Part shown: positions 21,318 to 32,433 of the stretch, piece after piece
Layout: the number at the start of each line of letters is the position of its first letter
Position numbering within the stretch: position 1 is the first letter of the stretch
NCBI GenBank assembly: GCA_965200875.1
Contig: OZ241456.1
Location: 1,120,001 to 1,184,000, forward strand
Direction: 5' to 3'
DNA: 64,000 bases
DNA from: Bdellovibrionales bacterium
GTDB lineage: Bacteria > Bdellovibrionota > Bdellovibrionia > Bdellovibrionales > UBA1609
Notes under the pieces: generated by a model
Seen by the model: only the letters and a program-made list of their open reading frames with translations
What the model was told of the DNA's origin: nothing
Database searches by the model: none
Program-made: the position numbers and the translations under genes

Positions 21318-21556
21318 TGTAATCGCCTAGGTCGTGAAAAAGTCTTTATATGTGGCTTATTTTCTCATATTCCAAAAAAAACAGGAATTTTCGGCAAAAT
21401 ACGCCCTAAAAGTCCCTTTTTTGAGGGATTTTGTCCACTTCCAAGGTTCTTTCCCATGATAAAATATAACAACTATCAAAAGGAAATCATCCTCTGTTTT
21501 CTCCAGATATTGTCAGAAAAATAGCCGAAAAATGGTTATGCGAGAAAAAACTGTTA

Positions 21557-22876
21557 ATGCACTGTTATAACTTGACTTTTTTTATAAAATATTTGAAAAA
21601 TAATCGCAAATTGAAAGCTGAAATTATGAAAAACCAATCTCTATGGAGACAGGCGATAAAAGATTTTTGCCCATATAGTGGAAAATTAAGTATATATGAG
21701 TTAAAAGAAGTATTCCACTTATTACCACTAGATAAATTAAAAAAAACCATAGATCACCCTTAAAAAAACATAATGAAAGAAATTGAAGAAAAATTAGTTG
21801 GAAAAATTGTAACTATATCTGAAATTGCCGGATATTTAGGAATGAAAGTTTCAGAAAAGTTAAAGAATAAAGAATGTAAGAAAATCGTGGACACTCTACT
21901 TCATGAAAATATAATTATTGAACCAAATGCAGTGTATTTTAAAAAAAATTATAAAAAAAATGATTGCGTCCTTTTATCAAAAACAAAAAAGGCTTCCATG
22001 TTAAATACCAATAATTATGAATTAGCCGCCACATTGGTTGATCTTGGAGTTGACTTAGTTTACTCTGATGATGATTTTTCAGATGAAGAAGCGCGGAAAA
22101 TTTATTTCACTGTTGGTTCTGACTTTTTGAATACACCTCTTGAATTTGAACACCTTAAACTCCGAATAGAACTTTACAAAACTCAAAAACCAAATATATC
22201 TGGTGTGATTAATAATATTTCTAAAAATCTTGAAACTAAAAACCTTGAAACTCTTAGTGAATATTTGGTAAAATTAGCTTTGAATGATAAAAAACATTTT
22301 ACAAATGAAGAAGATAAAAAAATTAAAAGGTTTTTATCAAAACTAGGAGTAACAGAATTTTATATAGAAAAAATATATAAGCAATTTGGAATCAACGAAA
22401 TATTAAAAAATGTAGAATTAAAAACCTCTCAAAATAATATTCAACAAGGAAGTTTAATACCAAAAAACAATGAAGTTGTATTAGATCGAACTGAATTTAT
22501 TTTAGATCAGGAGAAACTCCATCAGATTAAATCAGATACAGAAACAGTAAAATTAATTCTTTCAGAAATAATAACAGAAGAAGAAGAAAATGATGATATA
22601 CCAATAGTCAGAGAAGTGAAGGAAAATGAAAGTGAACTGGATAATAAGTATTTGCCATTTTTAAATATTATTACTCAACAAAACAAATGGGATAAAAAAT
22701 CTCTTAGAGATAAGGCAAAAGAACATAAGTTTATGGTCAATGCCGCTATATCAAAAATAAACGAATGGGCTGAAGAAAAATATGGTGACTATCTATTGTT
22801 TGAAAATGATAATAATTTTGAAGTCAATACATTAATTTTGGAGAATATAAAAAATGATAACAATCAAGCCTCGTGA
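21557..22876 (+). pseudogene. sngA: TerB/TerB-C domain protein, Shango SngA-like; N-terminally truncated, with an in-frame stop at 21761-21763 (367-aa ORF 21773-22876 remains)
   Basis: TerB-like DDDFSDEE segment; TerB-C tail (IKSDTETVKLILSEI...AISKINEWAEEKYGDYLL); the 68-aa upstream ORF is in the same frame; operon context. Confidence 0.65.
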
Positions 22877-24116
22877 AAGAGATTCCATTATTACATCACT
22901 TAGAGCTGGGGTAGTTCCCAGAATAGGGTTACATCATATTCAAGTCGGACGTTTGCACGAAATTCAAGCCGTCATAAATGATTTTGAAAAAATAAAAAAT
23001 AGTGGCTCCACTATACGGTTTATTGTCGGTGATTTTGGTTCTGGTAAAACCTTCTTTCTTACTTTATCCAAGGTACTGGCTCATAAGAAAAATATTATAT
23101 CCACTAATGCTGATATAACTCTTGAAAAGACACTCTATTCGAGAGACGGAAAAGCGAAAGCCACTTTTTCAGAATTAATACAAAACCTCTCTATTAAACA
23201 AAAACCTGATGGAGGGGCACTAAAATATATTATAGAAAATTGGTTATCAGAATTCATGGAGTTAGAGGAGAAAGAAAGGAAAAGTCAACTTAGACAAAAA
23301 TTGTCACCTTTAAAGGATTATGTTGCTGGTTATGATTTTATTGAAGTTTTAGATCATTATATAGAAGCCTATAATAAAGGAAATGATGATCTGCTTGATG
23401 CTTGTTTAAGGTGGTTAAGAGGAGAATTTAAAAATATTACATCAGCTAAACAAGAACTTCCAAATATAAAAACATTTATAAGTGACAATAATTATTATGA
23501 TTACTTAAAATTATATTCTGCTTTTTTTAGAATTACAGGGTATGATGGATTTTTAATTTGTCTTGATGAATTAGCAACTTTAACTCGACAAAAAGCAGAT
23601 ATAAGAAAAAAGAATTATGAAACAATTCTTAAAATTATAAATGATTCCCTTCAAGGAATGAGCAAAGGGTTGATGTTTGTATTTGGAGGCACACCAGATT
23701 TTGTATTTTGTGATAGAAAAGGATTATACAGTTATGGTGCCTTAAAAACACGATTAGCAAAAAATACTTTTAAAAATGATAAACTTAAAGATTACAATGA
23801 TCCACTAATTGAACTGGATAAGCTTACACCAGAGGAGTATTTTCAGTTATTTGGAAATATAAGGATGGTATTTGCAAATGGGATACAAACTGATTTTTTA
23901 ATTACTGATAATGATATTCATCTGTTTTTAAAAAAAATGTATAATAAATTAGGCGCAAAAGAACATATAACCACTAGAGATGCTATCAAAGAGTTTATCT
24001 CAGCTCTCAGTGTATTGGAACAAAATCCTGGAGTTACCTTTCAGGAAGTTATTAATTTTTCAGCCCCCAAGAAAAAACCAGAACCTATAAATAATGAGAA
24101 TATAGTCTATGAGTAA
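22854..24116 (+). CDS. sngB: P-loop ATPase, DUF2791/BrxD-like, Shango SngB-like
   Basis: SLRAGVVPRIGLHHIQVGR, Walker A GDFGSGKT, Walker B ICLDE; overlaps both neighbours. Confidence 0.85.
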   Translation: MITIKPRERDSIITSLRAGVVPRIGLHHIQVGRLHEIQAVINDFEKIKNSGSTIRFIVGDFGSGKTFFLTLSKVLAHKKNIISTNADITLEKTLYSRDGKAKATFSELIQNLSIKQKPDGGALKYIIENWLSEFMELEEKERKSQLRQKLSPLKDYVAGYDFIEVLDHYIEAYNKGNDDLLDACLRWLRGEFKNITSAKQELPNIKTFISDNNYYDYLKLYSAFFRITGYDGFLICLDELATLTRQKADIRKKNYETILKIINDSLQGMSKGLMFVFGGTPDFVFCDRKGLYSYGALKTRLAKNTFKNDKLKDYNDPLIELDKLTPEEYFQLFGNIRMVFANGIQTDFLITDNDIHLFLKKMYNKLGAKEHITTRDAIKEFISALSVLEQNPGVTFQEVINFSAPKKKPEPINNENIVYE

Positions 24117-26250
24117 TAATTACGATACTTTTAAACTCCTTCATCCTGAAGTTGGAAAAGCTATATATGATTTAAATTGGGATACATTTCGGCCTATTCA
24201 AGATGAGTCAATAGAAAAAATTATTAAAACAAAAAAAAATATAATTATCTCTGCTCCAACAGCAGGAGGAAAAACAGAAGCGGCTTTTTTACCAGCAATT
24301 AGTGAGTCTATTCCAGAAATTAATCAATCTCTTAAAATTGTATATATTTCTCCTTTAAGAGCGTTAATAAATGATCAAATTTTCAGAATAGAAAATTTAT
24401 GCCAATATTTAAATTGCAAAGTAACCAGATGGCATAGCGATGCTTCCCTAAGTAAAAAAAAGAGCTTTTTTAAAAATCCAAGTGGAATAATATTAATTAC
24501 ACCGGAAAGTCTTGAATCATTTTTAATCAATCGTAGCTCTGTAATATACAAATTGTTTAAGTCAGTTGACTTTTATATCATTGATGAAGTTCATTATTTT
24601 GTAGGCAGTTCACGGGGAGAACAACTCAGATCAATTTTAAATAGATTTGACAGCATTATCAAGAAAACTCCCAGAAGACTTTTATTATCCGCGACAATGG
24701 GTAATCTGGAAAATTATAAAATCTGGTTGAATGATAACGAACCTTTTCTCATTAAAGATACAAATGAAGGAAGAGGAATAAAGGGTTCAATCAGGTTTTT
24801 TGAAGAAGATGATGATGAAAATGATAAAAATGATAAAAATGATAAAAACAATGCTTATTTAAGGGAGTTAATAAATATTACCTCAAGTGGCAAAAAATTA
24901 ATATTTGCAAATTCAAAAAGACAATTAGAAAAAACATGTGCTGATATAAAATCAATAATTAAAAAGTCTTCCACAGCCAATTCAAATATTGATATCCATC
25001 ATGGTTCTTTAAGTAAAGAACATAGAGAAGATGTTGAAAAACGCCTGAGAACTGAAGCTGATATATCTGTCTTTTGCACAACCACTCTTGAGTTAGGAAT
25101 TGATATTGGAGATATTGATGAAGTGTTATTAATCTCTGTACCTTGGTCAGTATCTTCGTTTATACAAAAAATAGGTCGTTCTGGAAGAAAAGAGAACACC
25201 CAAACGGAATTTAGTTTTGTATTAAAAAATCTACCGGTAAAAGAAAACTCTCATATCTGTGATGGTCTCAGATGTGAGTTAATCCACTCAATTGCTTTAA
25301 TAGAATTGATGCTCAGTGGTTGGTGTGAACCTGGAAATGTACAAACAAATTCATATTCCACCTTTGTTCATCAGGTAATGGCTTTCCTGGCACAAAAAAG
25401 AGAAACAACAGCAGAAGAGATTTGGACAGAAATCGTTCAACAAAGTTTTTCCAATAAAATTTCAAGTATGGATTTTGAAGATATAATAAACTATTTGATT
25501 GAGAAAAATTATATAAGTAACTCTTTAAACGATGTTTTCATTTTAGGGCATGAAGGGGATAGAATGACAGAACACTATGATTTTTATAGTGTATTTTTTA
25601 CACCTGAGCAATGGGTTATATGTAATGGATCACAAAAAATAGGAATAATCCCTTTACAAAATATTTTTAGTAAAGAAGACACTATTTTATTTGCTGGTAA
25701 AAAATGGAAAGTGAAAGATATAGATTATGAATCTAAAGTACTCCAAGTTACAAAAGCTAAAGAAGGTAAAATTCCTTTATTTGGCGGATATGGTGGTCTA
25801 ATACATTATCAAATTCATAAAAAAATGAAAAATATTTATGAAGGTAAGGAGTATTACAAGTATTTAACATTTTCCGCAGAAAAGTTTTTAAATCTATCTA
25901 AACAGACTTATCAAGATTTGATTCAATCAGAGAATTTTTTACCCATCTTTAAAGGATCAGGAACTTGCAACTTAGTATCTTTTATATTGAGATCAAAAGA
26001 TATTGATTTTGATGAAATTAATACAAACATTGGTATTTATTTAAAAGATTTTAATAAGGATAAAGCCATTAAACTCTTAAAAGAATTTAACGACATTCAA
26101 AAAATTGATTCTCTTTTAGACAATTTACCTTTAGATAAATTATATTTGGATAAATACGACTATTTGTTACCTGAATCTATTTTAAGAAAATCATTTATTA
26201 ACAGCACTTTTGATATAAAGCATTTCTTGGAATACATAGATCAAGTCTGA
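24109..26250 (+). CDS. sngC: Lhr-like DEAD/DEAH helicase, Shango SngC-like
   Basis: APTAGGKTEAA, ITPESLE, DEVH, LSAT, HHGSLS, TLELGIDIG, QKIGRSGR. Confidence 0.88.
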   Translation: MSNNYDTFKLLHPEVGKAIYDLNWDTFRPIQDESIEKIIKTKKNIIISAPTAGGKTEAAFLPAISESIPEINQSLKIVYISPLRALINDQIFRIENLCQYLNCKVTRWHSDASLSKKKSFFKNPSGIILITPESLESFLINRSSVIYKLFKSVDFYIIDEVHYFVGSSRGEQLRSILNRFDSIIKKTPRRLLLSATMGNLENYKIWLNDNEPFLIKDTNEGRGIKGSIRFFEEDDDENDKNDKNDKNNAYLRELINITSSGKKLIFANSKRQLEKTCADIKSIIKKSSTANSNIDIHHGSLSKEHREDVEKRLRTEADISVFCTTTLELGIDIGDIDEVLLISVPWSVSSFIQKIGRSGRKENTQTEFSFVLKNLPVKENSHICDGLRCELIHSIALIELMLSGWCEPGNVQTNSYSTFVHQVMAFLAQKRETTAEEIWTEIVQQSFSNKISSMDFEDIINYLIEKNYISNSLNDVFILGHEGDRMTEHYDFYSVFFTPEQWVICNGSQKIGIIPLQNIFSKEDTILFAGKKWKVKDIDYESKVLQVTKAKEGKIPLFGGYGGLIHYQIHKKMKNIYEGKEYYKYLTFSAEKFLNLSKQTYQDLIQSENFLPIFKGSGTCNLVSFILRSKDIDFDEINTNIGIYLKDFNKDKAIKLLKEFNDIQKIDSLLDNLPLDKLYLDKYDYLLPESILRKSFINSTFDIKHFLEYIDQV

Positions 26251-26293
26251 AAAAGAGACAACTACTATTGGAAAAGGGTTAAGAAATAAATTG

Positions 26294-26680
26294 TTATCTG
26301 AAGTTTTCATTTTTCAGCTGTTTTATCTCTTCTTCCGAAAATCCCGTCACTTCAGAAATAAGATCAGCAGAAAGTTTTTTCTCCAGCATATTTAAAACAA
26401 TCTGTTGTCGTCCCTGTTGCATGCCCTGTTGCATACCCTGTTGCATGCCCTGTTGCATGCCCTGTTGCATACCCTGTTGCATGCCCTTCTGTATTCCTTC
26501 TTGTCGACCTTCCTCTTTAATATGTTCTCTTATGTTCATATAACCTCCTTTTGAAAAAATACCCTTAATAACAGCTTCATGTTCCAACTTCTCCCATAAT
26601 TCCTTTGTCATACCGGAAACAGACGACCAAAAATAATCTCCCAACATAAATCCATACTTGAAGTAAAACTTTCCGCGCAT
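26294..26680 (-). pseudogene. Rpn/YhgA-family C-terminal fragment containing an intact small ORF 26294-26539 (RpnS-like)
   Basis: EEGRQEG and (GMQQ)n repeats, tail ISEVTGFSEEEIKQL; AAAGGAGG-TTAT-ATG at 26539; nuclease domain absent. Confidence 0.75.
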
Positions 26681-26833
26681 AAAATTTTGAGAAACTACTA
26701 TGATGTTCTAAAATAAGGGTGATTCAGTATACCCTTAATGGAATTTTCTGTCAAGATAAAAAATAACTTGTCATATAGAGGTCAAGGGAGTAAAATATTT
26801 TAAGCGAAGGAGATGAAGGGAACTGGTGACATT

Positions 26834-27517
26834 ATGAAAACTATAATAATATTGATCACTATATTTTTTTATATAGCTTCCGGGCAGGCAGATACTTCAC
26901 CAAAAACAAAGTTGTCATACGAAAAATTCAAAAATACAGAGGGTATAATCTCTACAACAAAAAAGTCTGGTTTTTTAACTCTGGGTATCGGTAATGAATT
27001 TATCCCTTTGGACAATTTTATACATGACAGGTTTTCCATATACTTGAGATATGGTCGCTATTTATCAAAACAAAGTTTCTTTTCAGCAGGTATTAAATCT
27101 GCTTATTCAGATTTTTTTAACAATGCTTATTTTTTGCAATTAAAATATGGGTACGATTTGATCAAAAATGGAGCATGGATTCCAGGATTGGATTTTTCAA
27201 TTTTTCTGGGAGTGGGAAATAAGAAATATTTGACATCCAGACCTCTTTATCCCTATAGAAATGAAAGTATTAGCGAGCAAGAGTATCAGAAAAAGATATT
27301 GGAATACGATAAAAAACTTGATAACTATGAAAAAGAAAGAAGAAGATTTCTTGCCTTGGGCTTTGATTTAGGCACATATATCAAGTCCTTTGTCTCCCCT
27401 ACTACAGCTCTCGTTTTAAGAGTGGGAGCTGGACATGACAGCTCTGAAGGGTGGGATAATTTTGATCTGATGGATACTAAAATATATATCAACCTAGCTT
27501 TGCAATGGTATTTTTAG
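26834..27517 (+). CDS. Exported protein, possible outer-membrane beta-barrel
   Basis: Signal peptide MKTIIILITIFFYIASGQA, amphipathic strands, terminal aromatic motif LALQWYF. Confidence 0.65.
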   Translation: MKTIIILITIFFYIASGQADTSPKTKLSYEKFKNTEGIISTTKKSGFLTLGIGNEFIPLDNFIHDRFSIYLRYGRYLSKQSFFSAGIKSAYSDFFNNAYFLQLKYGYDLIKNGAWIPGLDFSIFLGVGNKKYLTSRPLYPYRNESISEQEYQKKILEYDKKLDNYEKERRRFLALGFDLGTYIKSFVSPTTALVLRVGAGHDSSEGWDNFDLMDTKIYINLALQWYF

Positions 27518-27545
27518 GGTTTTTCACGAGCAACTATTTAAAAAA

Positions 27546-27629
27546 GCCTCGGTGGCGGAATTGGTAGACGCGTGCGACTCAAAATCGCATGACCGCAAGG
27601 TCGTGGGAGTTCAAGTCTCCCCCGAGGCA
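27546..27629 (+). tRNA. tRNA-Leu(CAA)
   Basis: GCCTCGG/CCGAGGC acceptor stem, TGCGA-CTCAAAA-TCGCA anticodon arm, long variable arm, GTTCAAGTC; CCA not encoded. Confidence 0.96.
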
Positions 27630-27657
27630 CTTTAACTTAAAAAAGAAAAAAACAAAT

Positions 27658-30600
27658 TTGAAAAAGCTATTTTATTACTTCATCCAGCACTACAAACTTA
27701 ATTTTGTTATTTTTGTTGCAGGCACTATCTTAGGTATAGCGGGTCTATTGGGATTACAGCGGGAAGCACGACCACCTGTGGATTTCGCACGAGTCATAAT
27801 CACTACAGCACATCCTGGAACCAGCTCTGAAGAAGTGGAAGAGCTAATTACCAACAAATTGGAAGAAAAACTACAAAATATTCGTGGAATCCGGCACAGT
27901 TATTCCACTTCTTCACCCGGATTAAGCCAAATTACCATATACCTAGACCTAGATAACACAGATACAGAAAAAACTGTGGATGAAATTTACCGAGCTGTTC
28001 AAAATGTAAATGATCTTCCTCCTGATCTCCTAGAGTTACCATCTATTCTTCATGTAAAAGCTGAAGAAATACCTATAATGAGTATAGCTATCATCGGGCC
28101 AGATCAAAAGCGAAATCGCATGGCGCATGAATTAAAAATTCTCCTGCAAAACCTACCGGATGTAGCCAATATTCGGCTCACCGGATTTCAAAAAAGAGAG
28201 TATCAAATTCTGCTCAATACACAAAAAACTGAAAAATATTCCATCAGCCCTTCTGAAGTGGCGACAGCTGTAAAATCACATTCCTTGGATATTTCCGCAG
28301 GGCGGGTTCGTTCAGAAAAAACACAAAGTTCTGTGCGTATTTTTGGAAAAATAAGACAAGCCAAAGAATTAGAAAACATAGTGGTGCGTTCCAATTTTTC
28401 GGGAAAACAAATTTTTGTAAAAGACATTGCTTCTGTAAAAGACGCAGAAGAAGATAAGACTGCCTCTTTTTTTGTCAAAGGTAAATCAGCCGTTGTTCTT
28501 CAAGTTAGTAAAAAAGCAAAAACAGATATGCTGAAAACTGTCCGGCAAATCAAAAAATTTTTATCCTTATATAAAAAAAGAATCAGCTCCGACACAAAAA
28601 TTGTTATTCTCTTTGATGAATCAGAAAAAACTTCGAAAAGACTTAATATAGTCATAAGCAATGCTTTATTTGGATTGATACTGGTATTACTGATTCTTAT
28701 AATTTGCCTGCCAGGTTGGCTAGGGGTTGTAACAGCTTTCAGTCTTCCTTTTTCCATTCTTTCTACTGTTGCTCTCTCTGCCTCTATGGGAGTCACTTTT
28801 AATGTTATTACCATGTGTGCCTTTATTATATGTATTGGAATGCTAGTGGATAATTCTATTGTTATCAGCGAACGTTACGCCCAGCTGAGACTGCAAAACA
28901 TTCCACCTGAAAAATCCGCCCTGCAATCCGTATTGGATCTTTTTCGGCCTGTTTTTGCCACCACTATTACCACCATATTGGCTTTTTTACCTATGCTCAT
29001 CACCAAAGGGGTTATGGGGCAATTTATACAATGGTTACCCATTGTCGTCAGCATGGCTTTGATGATTAGCCTCATAGAGTCCTTCTTTTTGCTTCCCTGT
29101 CGACTTAAATTTACAGTTTCTTCCCAAAAACACAGACGAGATTCCGCTTTATTTTTAAAAGTCAGAAATCGATTCGAGTCCTTTATACTGCAAGCTTTAA
29201 ATAAAAAATACCTTTCTCTTTTTATTATTGTTTGTGTTGTACTTGGAAGTTTTTTTGTGAGCAAGTTTAAAAATCGCTGGATTCTTTTCCCAAAAGAAAA
29301 TGTGGAAGTATATTCTGCGATTTTTGAAATGAACAAAAGTGATTCTCTCAAAGAAATGGAAAAAAAATCTCTTAACCTAGAACAACAAATCAAAACCCTG
29401 ATAATAGAAAAAAACATCAAACACACTTACATAGATATCAACAGTCTGACCGGCAAAGGAACTTTAAATATGGAAGTCCTCTCGTCTGTCGCCAGAAAAT
29501 GGAACCATAAAGAAGTGCTGAAAAAACTAAGGACTATAGACGATTCTCCTTTCAAAAAATTACGATTTGAAGCTTTACGCTTAGGTCCGCCTATTGGACG
29601 TCCCGTGGAATTAATTTTATTTTCCAAAAATGAGCAACAACTGGAATCCTCCGCAAAAGAAACATTAAAAATGTTTTCCTCGGTGAAAGGGTTGTTGAAC
29701 ATTGAAGATAGTCGTGAATATTCAGGACCGGAATACGCCATTTACCCAAATACTTCCCTGCTTTCCCGACTGGGGTTGAACACAAAGATTGTTGGTTCTG
29801 TTTTAAGGACGGCTCTTCATGGAGATATTGTCAGTGAAGTGACAGAAAATGGTGAAAGCTTCTATGTACGGGTAAAATACGAAAACAAAAGGCGATCCAA
29901 TATTGATTCCTTAAAGCATGTTAATATTTTTTCGCCAAAAGGAGGAGAGCTTATTCCCATAAACCAGCTTATTCGGTGGAAAAAAAGAGAAAAAGGTGCG
30001 GAAGTAAAAAAGCATTACTTTTTCTCCCCTTCTGTCACTTTTTACGCTGATGTGGATCTGAATCAAACCACCAGCATTACAGCTAATGCAGAAATCAAAA
30101 AAAAGGTGAAAAGCCTGCTAAAAAAATACCCTTCTGTGACTTATAAACAAACCGGTGAACAGGAAAGTACACAGGAATCCCTTAATTCTCTTGTGCAAGC
30201 TATGATTCTGGTTGTGTTTGGTATTTTTGCTGTTTTGCTCTTGATGTTTAACAGCTTCTCCATATCCATATTGATTCTCAGTAATGTTTTTCTGGGGTTG
30301 GTTGGCATCAGCTGGTCTTTTTTACTGCACTCAAAGCCTCTTTCTTTTTTTGCCATGATTGGAACAGTAGGGCTGGCAGGTGTGGTTATCAACTCAGCCA
30401 TTATTCTAGTAAGTTTTATTGAAAAGCTAAAACGAGAAAATAAGACGAAAAATCTCAATAAAGTTTTGGCAAAAGCCTCAGCAGACCGATTACGACCCAT
30501 TTTTATCACAACCATCACAACGGTTTTGGGCCTGTTTCCAACCGCGTACGGCATCGGGGGGTATGATTCTGTTCTCATTCCTGTTACTTTATCCTTAACA

Positions 30601-30726
30601 TGGGGTTTAATCAGTGGAACCCTTTTAACTTTAATTTGGACTCCCTGCGGGTACGCTGTTATTTATGAGCTTACGGATAAAATAAAGAACCTGATAAAGC
30701 GTGTTTGTGAAAAGACAAAAAAATGA
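27658..30726 (+). CDS. RND efflux transporter permease (AcrB/CzcA family)
   Basis: GMLVDNSIVISE, GVVINSAI, RLRPIFITTITT; start moved to TTG at 27658 because the longer ORF overlaps tRNA-Leu. Confidence 0.93.
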   Translation: MKKLFYYFIQHYKLNFVIFVAGTILGIAGLLGLQREARPPVDFARVIITTAHPGTSSEEVEELITNKLEEKLQNIRGIRHSYSTSSPGLSQITIYLDLDNTDTEKTVDEIYRAVQNVNDLPPDLLELPSILHVKAEEIPIMSIAIIGPDQKRNRMAHELKILLQNLPDVANIRLTGFQKREYQILLNTQKTEKYSISPSEVATAVKSHSLDISAGRVRSEKTQSSVRIFGKIRQAKELENIVVRSNFSGKQIFVKDIASVKDAEEDKTASFFVKGKSAVVLQVSKKAKTDMLKTVRQIKKFLSLYKKRISSDTKIVILFDESEKTSKRLNIVISNALFGLILVLLILIICLPGWLGVVTAFSLPFSILSTVALSASMGVTFNVITMCAFIICIGMLVDNSIVISERYAQLRLQNIPPEKSALQSVLDLFRPVFATTITTILAFLPMLITKGVMGQFIQWLPIVVSMALMISLIESFFLLPCRLKFTVSSQKHRRDSALFLKVRNRFESFILQALNKKYLSLFIIVCVVLGSFFVSKFKNRWILFPKENVEVYSAIFEMNKSDSLKEMEKKSLNLEQQIKTLIIEKNIKHTYIDINSLTGKGTLNMEVLSSVARKWNHKEVLKKLRTIDDSPFKKLRFEALRLGPPIGRPVELILFSKNEQQLESSAKETLKMFSSVKGLLNIEDSREYSGPEYAIYPNTSLLSRLGLNTKIVGSVLRTALHGDIVSEVTENGESFYVRVKYENKRRSNIDSLKHVNIFSPKGGELIPINQLIRWKKREKGAEVKKHYFFSPSVTFYADVDLNQTTSITANAEIKKKVKSLLKKYPSVTYKQTGEQESTQESLNSLVQAMILVVFGIFAVLLLMFNSFSISILILSNVFLGLVGISWSFLLHSKPLSFFAMIGTVGLAGVVINSAIILVSFIEKLKRENKTKNLNKVLAKASADRLRPIFITTITTVLGLFPTAYGIGGYDSVLIPVTLSLTWGLISGTLLTLIWTPCGYAVIYELTDKIKNLIKRVCEKTKK

Positions 30727-30826
30727 TTTTACCTATGAAATAAAAGATTATTTTACAATTTCATATATGATAAAATTATAATCAACAAACTTTGAAAACA
30801 ATTTTAAGCTTACAAGAGAGGTTAGT

Positions 30827-31906
30827 GTGTTTCATGGAGTTTTGCTTATTAATAAGGAAGCGGGAGGTACTAGTCACGATATCGTGAGTGCGGTAAGGCG
30901 TATATTGGGTCAAAAGAAGGTTGGACACGCTGGCACTTTGGATCCTCTGGCAGAAGGTCTGATAGTTATTTTACTGGGATATGGCACCAAGCTATCTGAT
31001 TATTTACTGACAAACGATAAGAAATACCACTTCATCCTACGTTTGGGAGTTGTAACAGACACTCTGGATAAAACCGGTAAAATTATTGAAAAAAAAGAAG
31101 TCCGAACTACCAAGGAGCAAATTACACAGGTTCTGCAAAAAAGCCAAGGTCAGATTTCTTTACCCGTGCCTTTGGTTTCTGCCGTAAAGGTAAAAGGAAA
31201 AAAACTGTATGAATATAAAAGAGCGAATCAGACTGTTACCACTCCCCTTAGAGATATGTTTTTTCGTGACCTAGAAATAAAAAATGTTCAAAAGGAAACA
31301 GCAGAGGTAGTGCTTTCCTGCAGTAAAGGAAGTTATGTTCGATCTTGGGTGTCTTTTGTGGGGGAAAAACTTGGAACAGGTGCCTGTTTGGAAAACTTAA
31401 CCCGTTTGGAGTCTTTTCCTTTTAAGGCTAGTTCTGCTCTTACTTTGCGTGAAGTGGAAAAACGAATAAGGGAAGAATTATGTGAAACTGATTTGAAAAG
31501 CACACAACTTCCCACACAGCCCAAAGGTCAGCTTCCTGATCCAACATCCGAAGACAGTAATAATGAAACAATAGAAAAAAAAGGTAAAAAACCTGCAAAC
31601 TTTCTGAGAGCAGAACAATTTTGCAAAATATTGGAGCCAGCTTTTATACCTTTTTCTCAAGCTATTCCTCATATTCAGTCAATAAACGCAGAAACGCGAA
31701 ATGATGAAATACAGCTGAGACAGGGAAAAATATCCCGCAATCTTAAGATGCGATTAATGGAAGAGCAGAAAACTGTTAATAAGAATAAAAAAAACCGCAC
31801 TGTTCGGGTAATGAATTACAATAATGGAAAAATGCTGGCTTTGTTGGAGCTTAAGCCCTTTGTTTCTACAAAGTGCTTAAAAGTATTCCCTTCCGAGTTA
31901 TCCTGA
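30827..31906 (+). CDS. truB: tRNA pseudouridine(55) synthase
   Basis: KKVGHAGTLDPLAEG, SAVKVKGKKLYEY, CSKGSYVRS. Confidence 0.96.
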   Translation: MFHGVLLINKEAGGTSHDIVSAVRRILGQKKVGHAGTLDPLAEGLIVILLGYGTKLSDYLLTNDKKYHFILRLGVVTDTLDKTGKIIEKKEVRTTKEQITQVLQKSQGQISLPVPLVSAVKVKGKKLYEYKRANQTVTTPLRDMFFRDLEIKNVQKETAEVVLSCSKGSYVRSWVSFVGEKLGTGACLENLTRLESFPFKASSALTLREVEKRIREELCETDLKSTQLPTQPKGQLPDPTSEDSNNETIEKKGKKPANFLRAEQFCKILEPAFIPFSQAIPHIQSINAETRNDEIQLRQGKISRNLKMRLMEEQKTVNKNKKNRTVRVMNYNNGKMLALLELKPFVSTKCLKVFPSELS

Positions 31907-32093
31907 TGTCTGAGAAAGTGGTCACTCATTAGTGGTCTGTGAAATGTAAGTGTTCAGTAATTCGTTGACAAAATCATTTTTTGTATTGACAGGCGAAAAA
32001 AAAGCTTTTATTATTAAATAATAGACAATAGTCAGGGTTTAGTTGAAAGCAAAAAACTAACGAAACCTTATAATGTTAAGAGACTTTAAAATT

Positions 32094-32357
32094 ATGAACA
32101 AATCAATAGTGGAAAAGACAGTGAAAATGCTTGCGCGTTCAGACAAAGACACAGGAAGCTCTGAAGTACAAATAGCTCTTCTTACTTCCAGAATAAATAT
32201 TTTAACAGAACACTTTAAAAAACATAAAAAAGATTATCATTCCAAACGAGGGCTTTTAAAAATGGTGAGCAAAAGAAAGAAATTGCTCAGCTATATTAAA
32301 AAATCCTCCCCGGAAATCTATCAAACAACCATTCAAAAGCTTTCCTTGAGAAAGTAG
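32094..32357 (+). CDS. rpsO: 30S ribosomal protein S15
   Basis: [28 protein letters not shown]; upstream of pnp. Confidence 0.97.
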   Translation: MNKSIVEKTVKMLARSDKDTGSSEVQIALLTSRINILTEHFKKHKKDYHSKRGLLKMVSKRKKLLSYIKKSSPEIYQTTIQKLSLRK

Positions 32358-32433
32358 TGAGAGTATAATTATCTGTCGTCATTTTCTATAAAACAATAAA
32401 ATAAACAATCCACCAACCAACAAAGGAACATTT

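Noticed and set aside
24817..24850. 9-bp repeat (NDK)x3 in the helicase
   Set aside because: Short in-frame loop expansion with no effect on reading frame.
27589..27657. N-terminal extension of the RND ORF
   Set aside because: It overlaps tRNA-Leu; TTG at 27658 is the plausible start.
32025..32093. Possible S15 autoregulatory leader hairpin
   Set aside because: Only weak pairing is visible and it cannot be matched to a known leader by eye.
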